DNA of 55,867 bases. It comes from a virus (taxonomy: Duplodnaviria; Caudoviricetes). The notes beneath the pieces were generated by a model that was not told where the DNA came from, did not search any database, and was given only the letters and a program-made list of their open reading frames with translations. Both the position numbers and the translations under genes were made by a program. Every line of letters begins with the position of its first letter. Position 1 is the stretch's first letter. The stretch lies in IMG/VR virus record IMGVR_UViG_3300025723_000048, positions 1 to 55,867 of that record; one strand, given 5' to 3'. This document shows positions 11,193-19,854 of this stretch, in pieces.

Positions 11193-11405
11193 CTACATTA
11201 AATATTTTTTATCGTAATAATCTTCCCCATCTATAAATTCTATAGCCGGGTTAACTGCTTGATAGAATCCATCATCATGGGACTTTACTATCATGTTTCT
11301 TTCTTTCTTTGTAAGTACAGTCATATTTAAAGACAACCATTCTATGAATCTTTCCTTATCCATAGAGTGAAGTTTAATTATTATGTCTTGAATAGGTGTT
11401 GTCAT
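11193..11405 (-). CDS. Small protein, distant paralogue of the MKTAM cassette genes
   Basis: MTTPIQ...KKER..I..S..DG...GEDYY..KY parallels MKTAM...KEKEQI...YYNQTY. Confidence 0.65.
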   Translation of the reverse strand: MTTPIQDIIIKLHSMDKERFIEWLSLNMTVLTKKERNMIVKSHDDGFYQAVNPAIEFIDGEDYYDKKYLM

Positions 11406-11776
11406 ATATTTAAAATTTTATCAGCTTTTTTCTCCCAACCAGGATTAGTAACATTAACTCCCTTAATACCTGTACCATGTAATAAACTAATCTCAGTAGC
11501 GTTGTCATCAAAGTGAAGAGCTGCTTTATATCCCTTTAACTTATCAGCTTTCCAATTATGATTAGTAAAGTGTATATTCTCTTTATTTATTCCTAACTTC
11601 TTAGCAGTACTATAAAGGTCTGCATTACTAGCACTATGAGGATATAAATGCTTTAACTTATCTTCATATCTAGAAGTAACAATAATAACATCAATACCTT
11701 TATCTATTAGCTTCTTAGCATAATTTTGAACTGCTTTAGTAGATAGGGTAGAATCATAGTCAAAACTTACTTTCAT
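11402..11776 (-). CDS. HAD-superfamily phosphatase
   Basis: SFDYDSTL (DxD), IVTSR, K, HFDDN motifs I-IV. Confidence 0.85.
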   Translation of the reverse strand: MKVSFDYDSTLSTKAVQNYAKKLIDKGIDVIIVTSRYEDKLKHLYPHSASNADLYSTAKKLGINKENIHFTNHNWKADKLKGYKAALHFDDNATEISLLHGTGIKGVNVTNPGWEKKADKILNI

Positions 11777-11871
11777 AACTTAAATAATATAAAGTATAAG
11801 ATTTTCAATATAGCTGCTGTAATTATACCTATTGCTAGAGTAACAAAAGCTGCTTGTATTATTTTTCTCAT
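11773..11871 (-). CDS. 32-aa hydrophobic peptide (not in ORF track)
   Basis: MRKIIQAAFVTLAIGIITAAILKILYFILFKL*; ATGA overlap with next gene. Confidence 0.55.
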   Translation of the reverse strand: MRKIIQAAFVTLAIGIITAAILKILYFILFKL

Positions 11872-11877
11872 AAAGTT

Positions 11878-12087
11878 TTATTGAATGTGTCTAACTGCAA
11901 ATGTCTTGTCTAATCTTTCTATGTATAATTTTCTTTTACTATTAATTGAAGTTCTTATTTTATTCTCTGTAAGACCTAACCTAGCAGCAGCAAACTTAAT
12001 TGATTCATATACTACTGCTTTTTCTAACCTTTCTTCAAGTGGTAAAGATAAGTCATATAATGCTATTCTAAAATTATTATTTAACAT
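11878..12087 (-). CDS. Small HTH (NUMOD1-like) DNA-binding protein
   Basis: YESIKFAAARLGL...IR pattern. Confidence 0.55.
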   Translation of the reverse strand: MLNNNFRIALYDLSLPLEERLEKAVVYESIKFAAARLGLTENKIRTSINSKRKLYIERLDKTFAVRHIQ

Positions 12088-12129
12088 AATTAACTATTAT
12101 TAAGTATATTTTTAAATTTAATTACCAAA

Positions 12130-12497
12130 GAGTTTAAGAGTTTGTAGAAAGTAGGTAAGGAAAAAGTAAAGTTTACCTCCCCTCCCCGGTAGAGATAAAC
12201 TTACTCCCTTACCAAACTACCAAATGAGATAATGAGATGCGTCAAGTGAGGCTGACTGGATTACGAAGTTTCCCCATATCCAGTCATTTAAAAGGTTAAT
12301 GTCAGGATTGTTGTCCTTTATGCCCTAGGCCTAGAAAGACTATGTCTTTTTCAACCTGCGAATAGCCATATTGCTTTTGACTATCTTCCAAATAAAAAAC
12401 CCACCAAGTACAAGTTGATGGGCTGATTAGAGGGCTAATTTGCATTAGTTCTTTAACAAAGCCCGATAATGTACTTGTACTACTTCATCGGAATTGC
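12130..12497 (-). ncRNA. Candidate structured non-coding RNA / attenuator
   Basis: Region lacks a long ORF and follows a full promoter; several hairpins, two with complementary loops, and a U-tailed terminator stem. Confidence 0.55.
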
Positions 12498-12501
12498 ATG
12501 A

Positions 12502-12532
12502 CAAATATACGAACATATTTTATACTACCAAA
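12502..12532 (-). promoter_or_regulatory. Bacteroidota promoter (-33 TTTG, 19 nt, -7 TATATTTG)
   Basis: Matches TTTG-N19-TAnnTTTG. Confidence 0.85.
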
Positions 12533-12535
12533 CTT

Positions 12536-12784
12536 CTACCAAATTTTTATTAAATTATTTTTATCAAACAACATCTTAAGCTCATACTTAGAATCATATA
12601 GCTTCACTAAGTGATTTACAAGCCCTTCCTTAGACTTTCCTTCTTTAAACAACTTAAGCTCTAACAAGTACATAAACTCGGTAAAATTGTAATCTTTATG
12701 TCCCTCATCTTTATAGCAGCTATATATGAATGAACCATCAAATCTTCCGGTACTTCTGTATTGAATATATTCTTCTCTTGTCAT
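12536..12784 (-). CDS. Hypothetical protein
   Basis: ORF track. Confidence 0.65.
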   Translation of the reverse strand: MTREEYIQYRSTGRFDGSFIYSCYKDEGHKDYNFTEFMYLLELKLFKEGKSKEGLVNHLVKLYDSKYELKMLFDKNNLIKIW

Positions 12785-12800
12785 AATATGATTTATTAAG

Positions 12801-12840
12801 TTTTGCTGAAATTTGCTAAGTTTTGCTAAAATTTGCTAAA
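12801..12840. repeat. Four tandem 10-bp repeats (TTTGCT-based)
   Basis: ttttgctgaa atttgctaag ttttgctaaa atttgctaaa. Confidence 0.85.
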
Positions 12841-12876
12841 GGTGCTAATACCAAGTTACCTATTCGTAATTCATTG

Positions 12877-13068
12877 TTATTTATCATAAATATTTATTAT
12901 TGTTTTAATTAAAGTAACTATCCACCAAGAGAAAGGGATAAGAAAATAGAAAGTAAAGTTTATCTTTTTGTATTGTAAAGAACATCCTTTCATATTTGAA
13001 GCATCTAGTATTAAAGAGCCATAATAAAGGAAAATAAAAGGGAACGAAAGAATAAATATTATTTCCAT
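12877..13068 (-). CDS. Small two-TM membrane protein
   Basis: Hydrophobic N- and C-terminal segments. Confidence 0.6.
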   Translation of the reverse strand: MEIIFILSFPFIFLYYGSLILDASNMKGCSLQYKKINFTFYFLIPFSWWIVTLIKTIINIYDK

Positions 13069-13170
13069 TGTTTTATTTTTTATTGTTTTTTAGTCTTGCA
13101 TACATGATTTAGTTCCATCTGGGTTTTTATCGTAGGTTTTTTTGTCGTTTCCATTAACTAACTTACCTAC

Positions 13171-13404
13171 TATCGGCTCAAATAATATCCCTTATTATAC
13201 GCATTAAGATATAATTTATCCCTTTTATGACACATTATATCTTTTAACGTATAAAAAGTTTGCAAAAAGTAGCAGTTTTCACTATCTTTCGCAAAATTAT
13301 AATATCCTGTTGTACCTAAATTATATACTCTTGTAATAAAGTAAGGGTAAAATGTAATAATTCTTGTAACAAAGTGAGCCAAATAAATAAATTATTCAGC
13401 TCAT
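13171..13404. promoter_or_regulatory. Cluster of operator-like quasi-palindromes
   Basis: Three 18-bp sites of 5-N8-5 form, a direct repeat CTTGTAAYAAAGT and TGAGC/GCTCA arms. Confidence 0.4.
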
Positions 13405-13408
13405 AATA

Positions 13409-13585
13409 TTAATCTAAAAATATCTTTAAAGTCTTTTTCCCATCCTGATACACTATTTCTAATACTTCAAAATCTCCTAACTCCTTATACAAAGTTAACA
13501 ACCTGCCAAAAGGCTTATCATTCTTTGCATGGTTTATTATTTCTAATCTTGTTATTTCTACTGGTTTTTTTTCTTCTTGTTTCAT
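13409..13585 (-). CDS. 58-aa hypothetical protein (not in ORF track)
   Basis: MKQEEKKPVEITRLEIINHAK...YQDGKKTLKIFLD*. Confidence 0.7.
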   Translation of the reverse strand: MKQEEKKPVEITRLEIINHAKNDKPFGRLLTLYKELGDFEVLEIVYQDGKKTLKIFLD

Positions 13586-13594
13586 GGTTTAATT

Positions 13595-13798
13595 TTATAG
13601 GTTTTCTATTTCTTTTTTAACTTCTTGCCAATATTCTGTATCAACAGGAACATACCACACTACGCTTAATATTTCATCTACTGCTATTAATGCAAATTTC
13701 TTAGCTTGATATATTGGTCTATTTATATTAGGTGTTATAGTTAATAATTGCTGCTTAAACTCATCAACTAATTCTTGTGCCTTATCTTTAGCTGTCAT
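13595..13798 (-). CDS. Small hypothetical protein (accessory)
   Basis: MTAKDKAQELV...ALIAVDEIL...YWQEVKKEIENL. Confidence 0.75.
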   Translation of the reverse strand: MTAKDKAQELVDEFKQQLLTITPNINRPIYQAKKFALIAVDEILSVVWYVPVDTEYWQEVKKEIENL

Positions 13799-13804
13799 AA
13801 CTTA

Positions 13805-14380
13805 TTATTTTAAATATTTTGGTTTAAGTATTCGTTCATAGTAATCTATAACCTCTTCTTTGCCATCCTTACTACTTCTCCATGTTGCTGGAGCTTCTTT
13901 TCTACATTGCTCTATCCTTTCACGTTTGGATTTAGTTTTATCTGCATTATACTCATAATATAACCATGCTTCCCAATAGTGAGAGCCATAAGGACTGTAA
14001 AATGTTAATGCTATTTGATAACCAAAGAACACAAATGATAATACAGGATTCCATTCATGTCTATAATCAGTATCACTCCATTTTGTTTTCCAACCTAAAC
14101 TACAATAACTAAATCCTATTTTAAGTGGAACTGCTTTTGTATAGTTATAATACATATTATATAGTTGTGCATCAGACACTAATACTTTATTCTTATTGGC
14201 CTTATGTTCCTCTATTGCTTTTTGTATATCTTGCTCATTATATTTAACCCATTTTCTAGGGTAAAAGTATGGTACACCTATTTGTGTTTTACCTGCATAC
14301 AAATTAACTTTGAATGGTTTGAATGGACTATTCAATATTTTTAACCATCTAAAACGCTCTAGTGTGTATTTTAAATTCAT
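13805..14380 (-). CDS. Hypothetical aromatic-rich protein (cassette)
   Basis: Starts within the 17-bp junction repeat. Confidence 0.75.
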   Translation of the reverse strand: MNLKYTLERFRWLKILNSPFKPFKVNLYAGKTQIGVPYFYPRKWVKYNEQDIQKAIEEHKANKNKVLVSDAQLYNMYYNYTKAVPLKIGFSYCSLGWKTKWSDTDYRHEWNPVLSFVFFGYQIALTFYSPYGSHYWEAWLYYEYNADKTKSKRERIEQCRKEAPATWRSSKDGKEEVIDYYERILKPKYLK

Positions 14381-14383
14381 AGG

Positions 14384-14599
14384 TTATTTGTTTTGGTTAT
14401 AGGTTTGATTATAATATTCTTCTGCTGGCATATATATACCTTCAATCCCATCAATATAACTGTTGCATATCTGAGCTTTTTCTTCTCCAAGTGCCTCCTT
14501 AATTATTTCATCATTATCATGGTAAAAAGCTAAAGCATATAATGAATCACCTGTTTTCATAGCTAACTTTTCAATAAATTCTGTCATTGCTGTTTTCAT
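14384..14599 (-). CDS. Cassette gene, MKTAM family paralogue 1
   Basis: MKTAM...EKAQI...YYNQTYNQNK; bounded by junction repeats. Confidence 0.8.
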   Translation of the reverse strand: MKTAMTEFIEKLAMKTGDSLYALAFYHDNDEIIKEALGEEKAQICNSYIDGIEGIYMPAEEYYNQTYNQNK

Positions 14600-14602
14600 A
14601 GG

Positions 14603-14968
14603 TTATTTGTTTTTAGCTATTTCAATTAGTTTCTTAAGACATTCAAGCTCTGTTTCTTCGTATGTATTGTAATAATCGGAAAGAATTGGTTTGTTTGGAT
14701 GCCACCTAATATAAAATTCATAAACATCTTTATCGTGGCTAGTGATATCTATAAGAAATCCTTTCTCCCTAAAAAACCGAAATGCTTGTTGGTAGAGTGG
14801 TAATGCTGCCCAAGTAGATTGCACAGTTTCGCTATTTCTTATAAAATCATACATTTCACTTCCATAATCAATATTGCTATACATATCCATAGCAGCAAAA
14901 CACTTTTCATCAAAACCTAATTCTTTAAGTTCTAATGCTTGTTCATAAGAGATAAATTCTCTATTCAT
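14603..14968 (-). CDS. Cassette gene, hypothetical
   Basis: MNREFISYEQALELKELGFDE.C...LYQQAFRFFREK; bounded by junction repeats. Confidence 0.8.
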   Translation of the reverse strand: MNREFISYEQALELKELGFDEKCFAAMDMYSNIDYGSEMYDFIRNSETVQSTWAALPLYQQAFRFFREKGFLIDITSHDKDVYEFYIRWHPNKPILSDYYNTYEETELECLKKLIEIAKNK

Positions 14969-14971
14969 AGG

Positions 14972-15232
14972 TTATTTGTTTTGGTTATAGGTTTGGTTGT
15001 AGTAATAATTGCCGTTATCTTTTTCTTCATCTTCATTAGTATAATCATTTGAGCCAACAACGCAACCAGTGCTATATCCTTTTTCCCAAGCATCTATTAT
15101 CTGCTCTTTTTCTTTTTCAAGGTAAAGGTTATCTATATAGTCAATTATTCTTTTGGAAGCATTTTCAGTAATAAAACCTAATTGTTTTTCAATTAGAATA
15201 TCATCCTTTAAATATTGCATTGCTGTTTTCAT
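14972..15232 (-). CDS. Cassette gene, MKTAM family paralogue 2
   Basis: MKTAM...KEKEQIIDAW...YYNQTYNQNK. Confidence 0.8.
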   Translation of the reverse strand: MKTAMQYLKDDILIEKQLGFITENASKRIIDYIDNLYLEKEKEQIIDAWEKGYSTGCVVGSNDYTNEDEEKDNGNYYYNQTYNQNK

Positions 15233-15245
15233 AGGTTATTTGTTT

Positions 15246-15461
15246 TTAGTTTACTATTATATCATCTAAGTCAACATCCTCTCCTTGTGTTTGTTTATAC
15301 ACAGTAGTAAAGAACTGACCTAGTAGTTTATAATCTTCATCTATGAAATTACAAAAATCAAATGCAGGTATTGCACCTTTTATTGTAGGTTGAATAACTT
15401 TATCGTAATGAGCATCAGGGTCATAATGAAAAATGACATTACCTCTAAATATGTATTTCAT
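15246..15461 (-). CDS. Cassette gene, hypothetical
   Basis: Bounded by junction repeats. Confidence 0.75.
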   Translation of the reverse strand: MKYIFRGNVIFHYDPDAHYDKVIQPTIKGAIPAFDFCNFIDEDYKLLGQFFTTVYKQTQGEDVDLDDIIVN

Positions 15462-15471
15462 AGGTTATTTG

Positions 15472-16113
15472 TTAAAAATATTTAGATAATTTCTTTCTGA
15501 ATGATTTAGAAATATTACTTATTTTAGGGAAAACAAACAAATCATTAGGATTGACTGTTAAATAAGCCTGTACTTCATCTTTAAAGACTTTACTATCATA
15601 TCCCATCATTTCAAGCTCAGAGCAAATGTATCTATATAACTTCTTATCTATCTGAGATATTAACTTATTAGCATCCCTCTTATAATCTTTGTTAGTATAA
15701 TATAAAGCATGACATAACTCATGCTCAAAGGTTTCTCCTTTTAACGTACCTATACCCATTATATAAGACTTATCACTAACTTTATAAGTAAGTAAAATTT
15801 CATTAAGTATATTACAAAATATAACATCGTAAGCTGTCTCAGTTTCATTTATTAATTTTTTAGCTACCTTGAAAGGAACATTAAATCCATCCCAATCAAT
15901 AGTGTAATTAAATGAGTCACCTTTACTGTACCACTTAACAAACTCCCATATAGAAAATATCCTACCCTTAAACTCAGGAGACTCATAAAACTCCTGAGCC
16001 TTAAGGAATAGCATACACCTATCGTAAGTGTCCGGGACTACTACTGCGAATATATCTTTTTTAATTTCGTGTATCTTGTAGTCTATTTTCATATTAAAAA
16101 GGTATTGATTCAA
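15472..16113 (-). CDS. Hypothetical protein with HEXXH metalloprotease motif
   Basis: TFEHELCHALYY with downstream DEVQAY; start may be the MKIDY Met at 16092. Confidence 0.7.
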   Translation of the reverse strand: MNQYLFNMKIDYKIHEIKKDIFAVVVPDTYDRCMLFLKAQEFYESPEFKGRIFSIWEFVKWYSKGDSFNYTIDWDGFNVPFKVAKKLINETETAYDVIFCNILNEILLTYKVSDKSYIMGIGTLKGETFEHELCHALYYTNKDYKRDANKLISQIDKKLYRYICSELEMMGYDSKVFKDEVQAYLTVNPNDLFVFPKISNISKSFRKKLSKYF

Positions 16114-17962
16114 TTTCCATTAGAGCATCATCCTCAGTAGGAGCATGATACATAATCTTAGTAGCAGCCTTTAAATAAGTTCTAGTTATAGGCAGATGGC
16201 CCTCTTCATCTGTAAACTCTAAACCCTTATTCATCTTTATCTTTATAGCCTGGTTTCTAGGGGTGACATCACCACCTGTCTCCTTGTTCCTCATCTTATT
16301 AATATACAGTTCAGTTATCATCCACGTTGCAGGGTCTTGTATATTTCTATTCATTGTAATAAAGATGTCAGCCTTGTTATAAAGAACTGCTCCTCCATCA
16401 GCGTCAGCAGGATAAGGCATTAACTGATTACCATTGCTATCTCTTTCTCTCTGTGACTGTGTCCTTGTATGAATAGATATAAACAATGTAATGTTAGACC
16501 TCTTAGTAAATAGCAGCATATCTGTGTACATCTCCATCTCATAGTCATATTTAGAAGCCTTGTCAGTAGTCTTAAGAGCGTTGATAGGGTCGATGAATAC
16601 TCCTTTGATAGAATGATACTTAGATACTTTCTCTGTGTAGTTTAAGATGTCTTTATATCCGTGCATATTCTCATTGTTAATAAAGAAGAACCTTTCGTTG
16701 AGCCACTTGATACCTTGTTGAAGATTATCTTCATAAGACTCTTTAATCTTAGTACCCATGTAGAACTCTAGTATCTTCATCTTAACAGATGCAACCCTAT
16801 TCTCTCCGGTATAAATAACCCATCCCCAATCATACTTAAGAGCTGACAAGAATATAAGCCAAAGGTTTACAGTAGTCTTACCTGTGTGGCTATGAGATAG
16901 TGTAGCATAGAACTCACCTTCTTTAAGCAGCAAATACTTATCCATGTCTTCGTAACCAAAAGGTAATCCCATCGGTATAAGACCGGCCTTGTATCTCCTT
17001 ATAAACTCTTCATCATTAGGATTAGAAGATAAGAAGCTAAGCTCCTCCTCCATTATCCCTGCTTCCTCCATTACCTCTTGCTGATACCTTGCTAACTCAT
17101 TTATAGGCATATACTGACCCTGCCTTATTCCGTCATCTATGGCCCTAAACTCATCCTCTATATCCTTGCCTTCAAACTTATTGTATACCTCGTGCCTAAG
17201 TACCTCCCTGGCTATTGCCTCTTCCACTATACCACCTGCAATGTAACCACCTATAAGATAAGAAGACTTTATAACTGCATTATGCCTCATCCCCGTCTCT
17301 GCGGACCGTATCATCTTAGCAGCTATATCCAACTTCTTATAGTCAGTAGTTATCTGCGTCATCTTAATACCTTCAAACTTCTCCTCTTCAAGTACCTCAA
17401 AGAAAGTCTTACTGTCTTCTTTTATTAAGATTTCAGGGTCATAAGAAAAGAATAGAACTCTAGATGGGTTCCTAGCGGAAGGGTCAAACATTGGATACCT
17501 CTTAAGTAAGGCTGCGTAATGTTGCTCATGCTTATTACCGTCAGCTATCTTAATTAATCCATGTACACCTGTACCCGATGGAGACTTCCATACTGCATGG
17601 ATAAACTCATCCTGAATTATATCTTTTTTAAATCTATCTACATCATCTACATCATCTACATCAAAAGGTACTAACCTAGAGTGTATTGAAAGAGAGTTGT
17701 CGTTTCTAAAACTCTTAAAGAATGTTCCATTATCTCTTTGCTTTGTTATAGGTATATCAAAGGCTCCGGCAAATAAAACGCAAGGCAACTGCATCTTCAA
17801 CTTCTTAATCTCTGCATCATCTTTGCAGCTCCTTATATTATCTATCTGACTCTTACATTTACCATCTCTTATACCATTAATAACTGCATCTAATGAAACG
17901 TATGAAGGTTGGTCAACCTCACTGAATACCTTGAAGACTGTTATCTTGTTCATAAATTTCAT
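16094..17962 (-). CDS. Primase-helicase (VirE-N/BT4734-like primase plus DnaB-like SF4 helicase)
   Basis: K..LP...F.G.F, D.DD, SPSG.G.H in the N-domain; SHSHTGKTT Walker A, FIDP Walker B, H...KAD....R and K.R motifs. Confidence 0.88.
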   Translation of the reverse strand: MKFMNKITVFKVFSEVDQPSYVSLDAVINGIRDGKCKSQIDNIRSCKDDAEIKKLKMQLPCVLFAGAFDIPITKQRDNGTFFKSFRNDNSLSIHSRLVPFDVDDVDDVDRFKKDIIQDEFIHAVWKSPSGTGVHGLIKIADGNKHEQHYAALLKRYPMFDPSARNPSRVLFFSYDPEILIKEDSKTFFEVLEEEKFEGIKMTQITTDYKKLDIAAKMIRSAETGMRHNAVIKSSYLIGGYIAGGIVEEAIAREVLRHEVYNKFEGKDIEDEFRAIDDGIRQGQYMPINELARYQQEVMEEAGIMEEELSFLSSNPNDEEFIRRYKAGLIPMGLPFGYEDMDKYLLLKEGEFYATLSHSHTGKTTVNLWLIFLSALKYDWGWVIYTGENRVASVKMKILEFYMGTKIKESYEDNLQQGIKWLNERFFFINNENMHGYKDILNYTEKVSKYHSIKGVFIDPINALKTTDKASKYDYEMEMYTDMLLFTKRSNITLFISIHTRTQSQRERDSNGNQLMPYPADADGGAVLYNKADIFITMNRNIQDPATWMITELYINKMRNKETGGDVTPRNQAIKIKMNKGLEFTDEEGHLPITRTYLKAATKIMYHAPTEDDALMEIESIPF

Positions 17963-18410
17963 TGTAAAGTTTTAATCTTTCGTCTATTTCATCAAATCTC
18001 CTTCTGTAATTGTCATCTACTTCTATAAAGTTCTTTACCTTTTTTATATGATGTAGTGCCGTTGTATGGTCACCTACACCCGAATACTCAGCTATCTTAA
18101 TTAGAGGTAGGTAGGTATATTTTTTAAGTAGGTATATTATTAACTCTCTAGCAAACATAACATCCCTGGCCCTAGTCTTTTTAAGTACATCAACATTACA
18201 TTCTTTCTGAACAAATGAAAGTATTATACTAGAGTTCATTAATACTTTAGGAGGGGCATCAATAAGCCCCGCCTGTAAGTATAACTCTTCTCCTAATTGC
18301 TCTAATAATTTAGATTGCTTTTGTGCCCTGTGTAGTAAATCTTTTATAGTTCTAAGTCTTATCTCCTGTAATTCCATTCTATTATTTTTTAAAGCATATG
18401 TAAAATTCAA
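17919..18410 (-). CDS. DnaA C-terminal-type HTH DNA-binding protein
   Basis: R.R....AR....YL.......L..IA.....DHTT.LH..KKV. Confidence 0.85.
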   Translation of the reverse strand: MNFTYALKNNRMELQEIRLRTIKDLLHRAQKQSKLLEQLGEELYLQAGLIDAPPKVLMNSSIILSFVQKECNVDVLKKTRARDVMFARELIIYLLKKYTYLPLIKIAEYSGVGDHTTALHHIKKVKNFIEVDDNYRRRFDEIDERLKLYNEIYEQDNSLQGIQ

Positions 18411-18452
18411 TTATTAAAATAGCATAAATTATAATCAACCAAAAGAAGTCTT

Positions 18453-19211
18453 TTATTTTACCCATGGCGGTAGATTTATTATTCTTTTATTGCCGTTGAA
18501 CTTATCCCAAAACTCATAAGCCATATCAAAAGATTCCGGATGCTCCAACGCATAGTTAAAAGCAACACACAATCTTTCTAATGTTGACTTACCATAGTCA
18601 ATAAAGTTCTGAGAGATAGGCAACAGTCCGTTATAATAAGGCTCGTTCTTCTCAATGATATAGAAGCTAAAATCTCCTCCGTAAATTGCAGCCTGTAAGT
18701 AGTATTGATAATTAAAGAAGTCCTTTGTAATAGTCTCTAATGAGGCATTTTGAACACTCTTAATATCAATAGTCCTGTCACCGATAGATATGTCCTTAAT
18801 TATAACGAAAGGCAATCCAAAAATCTCTTTGTACTCTCTAGTCTCTACAACAGGATTAGCAGACATTAAGTCTCTAAAGTCTTTATTGCTCCTTACTAAC
18901 TCTACTAAGTTGAATACTTCCTCATGTAAGTCCTGCTGAACAATAGTCTTACCAATAGATTCCTCAACCATTTTATCATACTCAGCTTTATCATCTTTCT
19001 TCCTCATGTCAAACTTCCTACTTATTATATACTCATCATTGAACTTTGTAGGCTCTAATAACATAGAGTGAAGTAGCTGCCCGAATAAAAGTTCGGGTGT
19101 CTGCTTTCTAGGCTTGTTTAAGTAATTAATATAATGCTTAGGTGATACTGCAAAAGCCTTTAAGGAACTATAACTTAACGGTCTTTCTTTTAAACTATCT
19201 AATGTTATCAT
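18453..19211 (-). CDS. RecE/ExoVIII-like PD-(D/E)XK exonuclease
   Basis: LSYSSLK, FG.L.H..LLEP, KD...IDIKS, Y.LQAA.Y. Confidence 0.85.
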   Translation of the reverse strand: MITLDSLKERPLSYSSLKAFAVSPKHYINYLNKPRKQTPELLFGQLLHSMLLEPTKFNDEYIISRKFDMRKKDDKAEYDKMVEESIGKTIVQQDLHEEVFNLVELVRSNKDFRDLMSANPVVETREYKEIFGLPFVIIKDISIGDRTIDIKSVQNASLETITKDFFNYQYYLQAAIYGGDFSFYIIEKNEPYYNGLLPISQNFIDYGKSTLERLCVAFNYALEHPESFDMAYEFWDKFNGNKRIINLPPWVK

Positions 19212-19319
19212 AATTTTATTTTGGAAATTAAATAAAGCACTACTATTGTTAACATAACCGCACAGGTTAACATTAACCCTGATGCTAGTATTTCAACCAT
19301 ATCAGGCTTGTGTTCCATA

Positions 19320-19844
19320 TTATTTAGTTAATAGGTCTGCTACTTTTTTACTCACGTTGTATTTCTGCCTAACTTGTGACATTGTAAAGCCATTAGATAG
19401 GGCATCTTTAACCTTTGTGAACTCAGGTGTGTTCTCGTTCAACCAAACTTTATTATCCGGTTCTGCCTGGGATGCTGCGTTACCATCATCATCTTCGTCT
19501 TCAATGATAAGGTTAAGTATACCTGACAAGGAATATCTCTTAGCGTAAGAAACGGCTGAGCCATACTCCTGAGCGGTATTCTTAGATACTACTATTGGAA
19601 AAATTGATTGGATATACTCTCCTGACTCTACATGATACAAGGTAGTACATACATAAGGCAGACCATCGTTAATTGTGTTAGCCTGTGTAATAAGCAGCCC
19701 GCTCTTCTCTAGATACGGTTTAATGTGTGACTGAATAGAATGTAATTGAGCGTACTTTGACTTAAAAAAGGGGTTGTCTGCTTCCTTCTTAACTGCTGGG
19801 CATTGTTTGTCGAAAGCAGCTAGTGCTTTTAATAGATTTTTCAT
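19320..19844 (-). CDS. erf: ERF-family single-strand annealing recombinase
   Basis: NPFFKSKYA.L, H.ESGE, Q..GSA.SYAKRY.L, DDDGN. Confidence 0.92.
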   Translation of the reverse strand: MKNLLKALAAFDKQCPAVKKEADNPFFKSKYAQLHSIQSHIKPYLEKSGLLITQANTINDGLPYVCTTLYHVESGEYIQSIFPIVVSKNTAQEYGSAVSYAKRYSLSGILNLIIEDEDDDGNAASQAEPDNKVWLNENTPEFTKVKDALSNGFTMSQVRQKYNVSKKVADLLTK

Positions 19845-19854
19845 GTGTTTGATT

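Larger units (their letters stand above)
14376..15473 (-). repeat. Five copies of 17-bp gene-junction repeat AACAAATAACCTATGAA
   Basis: Copies at 14376-14392, 14595-14611, 14964-14980, 15228-15244, 15457-15473; each includes the ATG of the next gene. Confidence 0.92.

Noticed and set aside
13170-13382. 70-aa ORF in the track
   Set aside because: TTG start, no protein-like features, overlies an array of palindromic motifs; likely spurious.
14376-15473. CRISPR array interpretation of the 17-bp repeats
   Set aside because: Intervening segments are ~200-350 bp whole genes, the repeat is not palindromic, and no cas genes are seen.
19262-19318. Hammerhead ribozyme (CUGAU and GAAA present)
   Set aside because: CUGAU is paired in a stem and the CUGANGA...GAAA core is not properly arranged.
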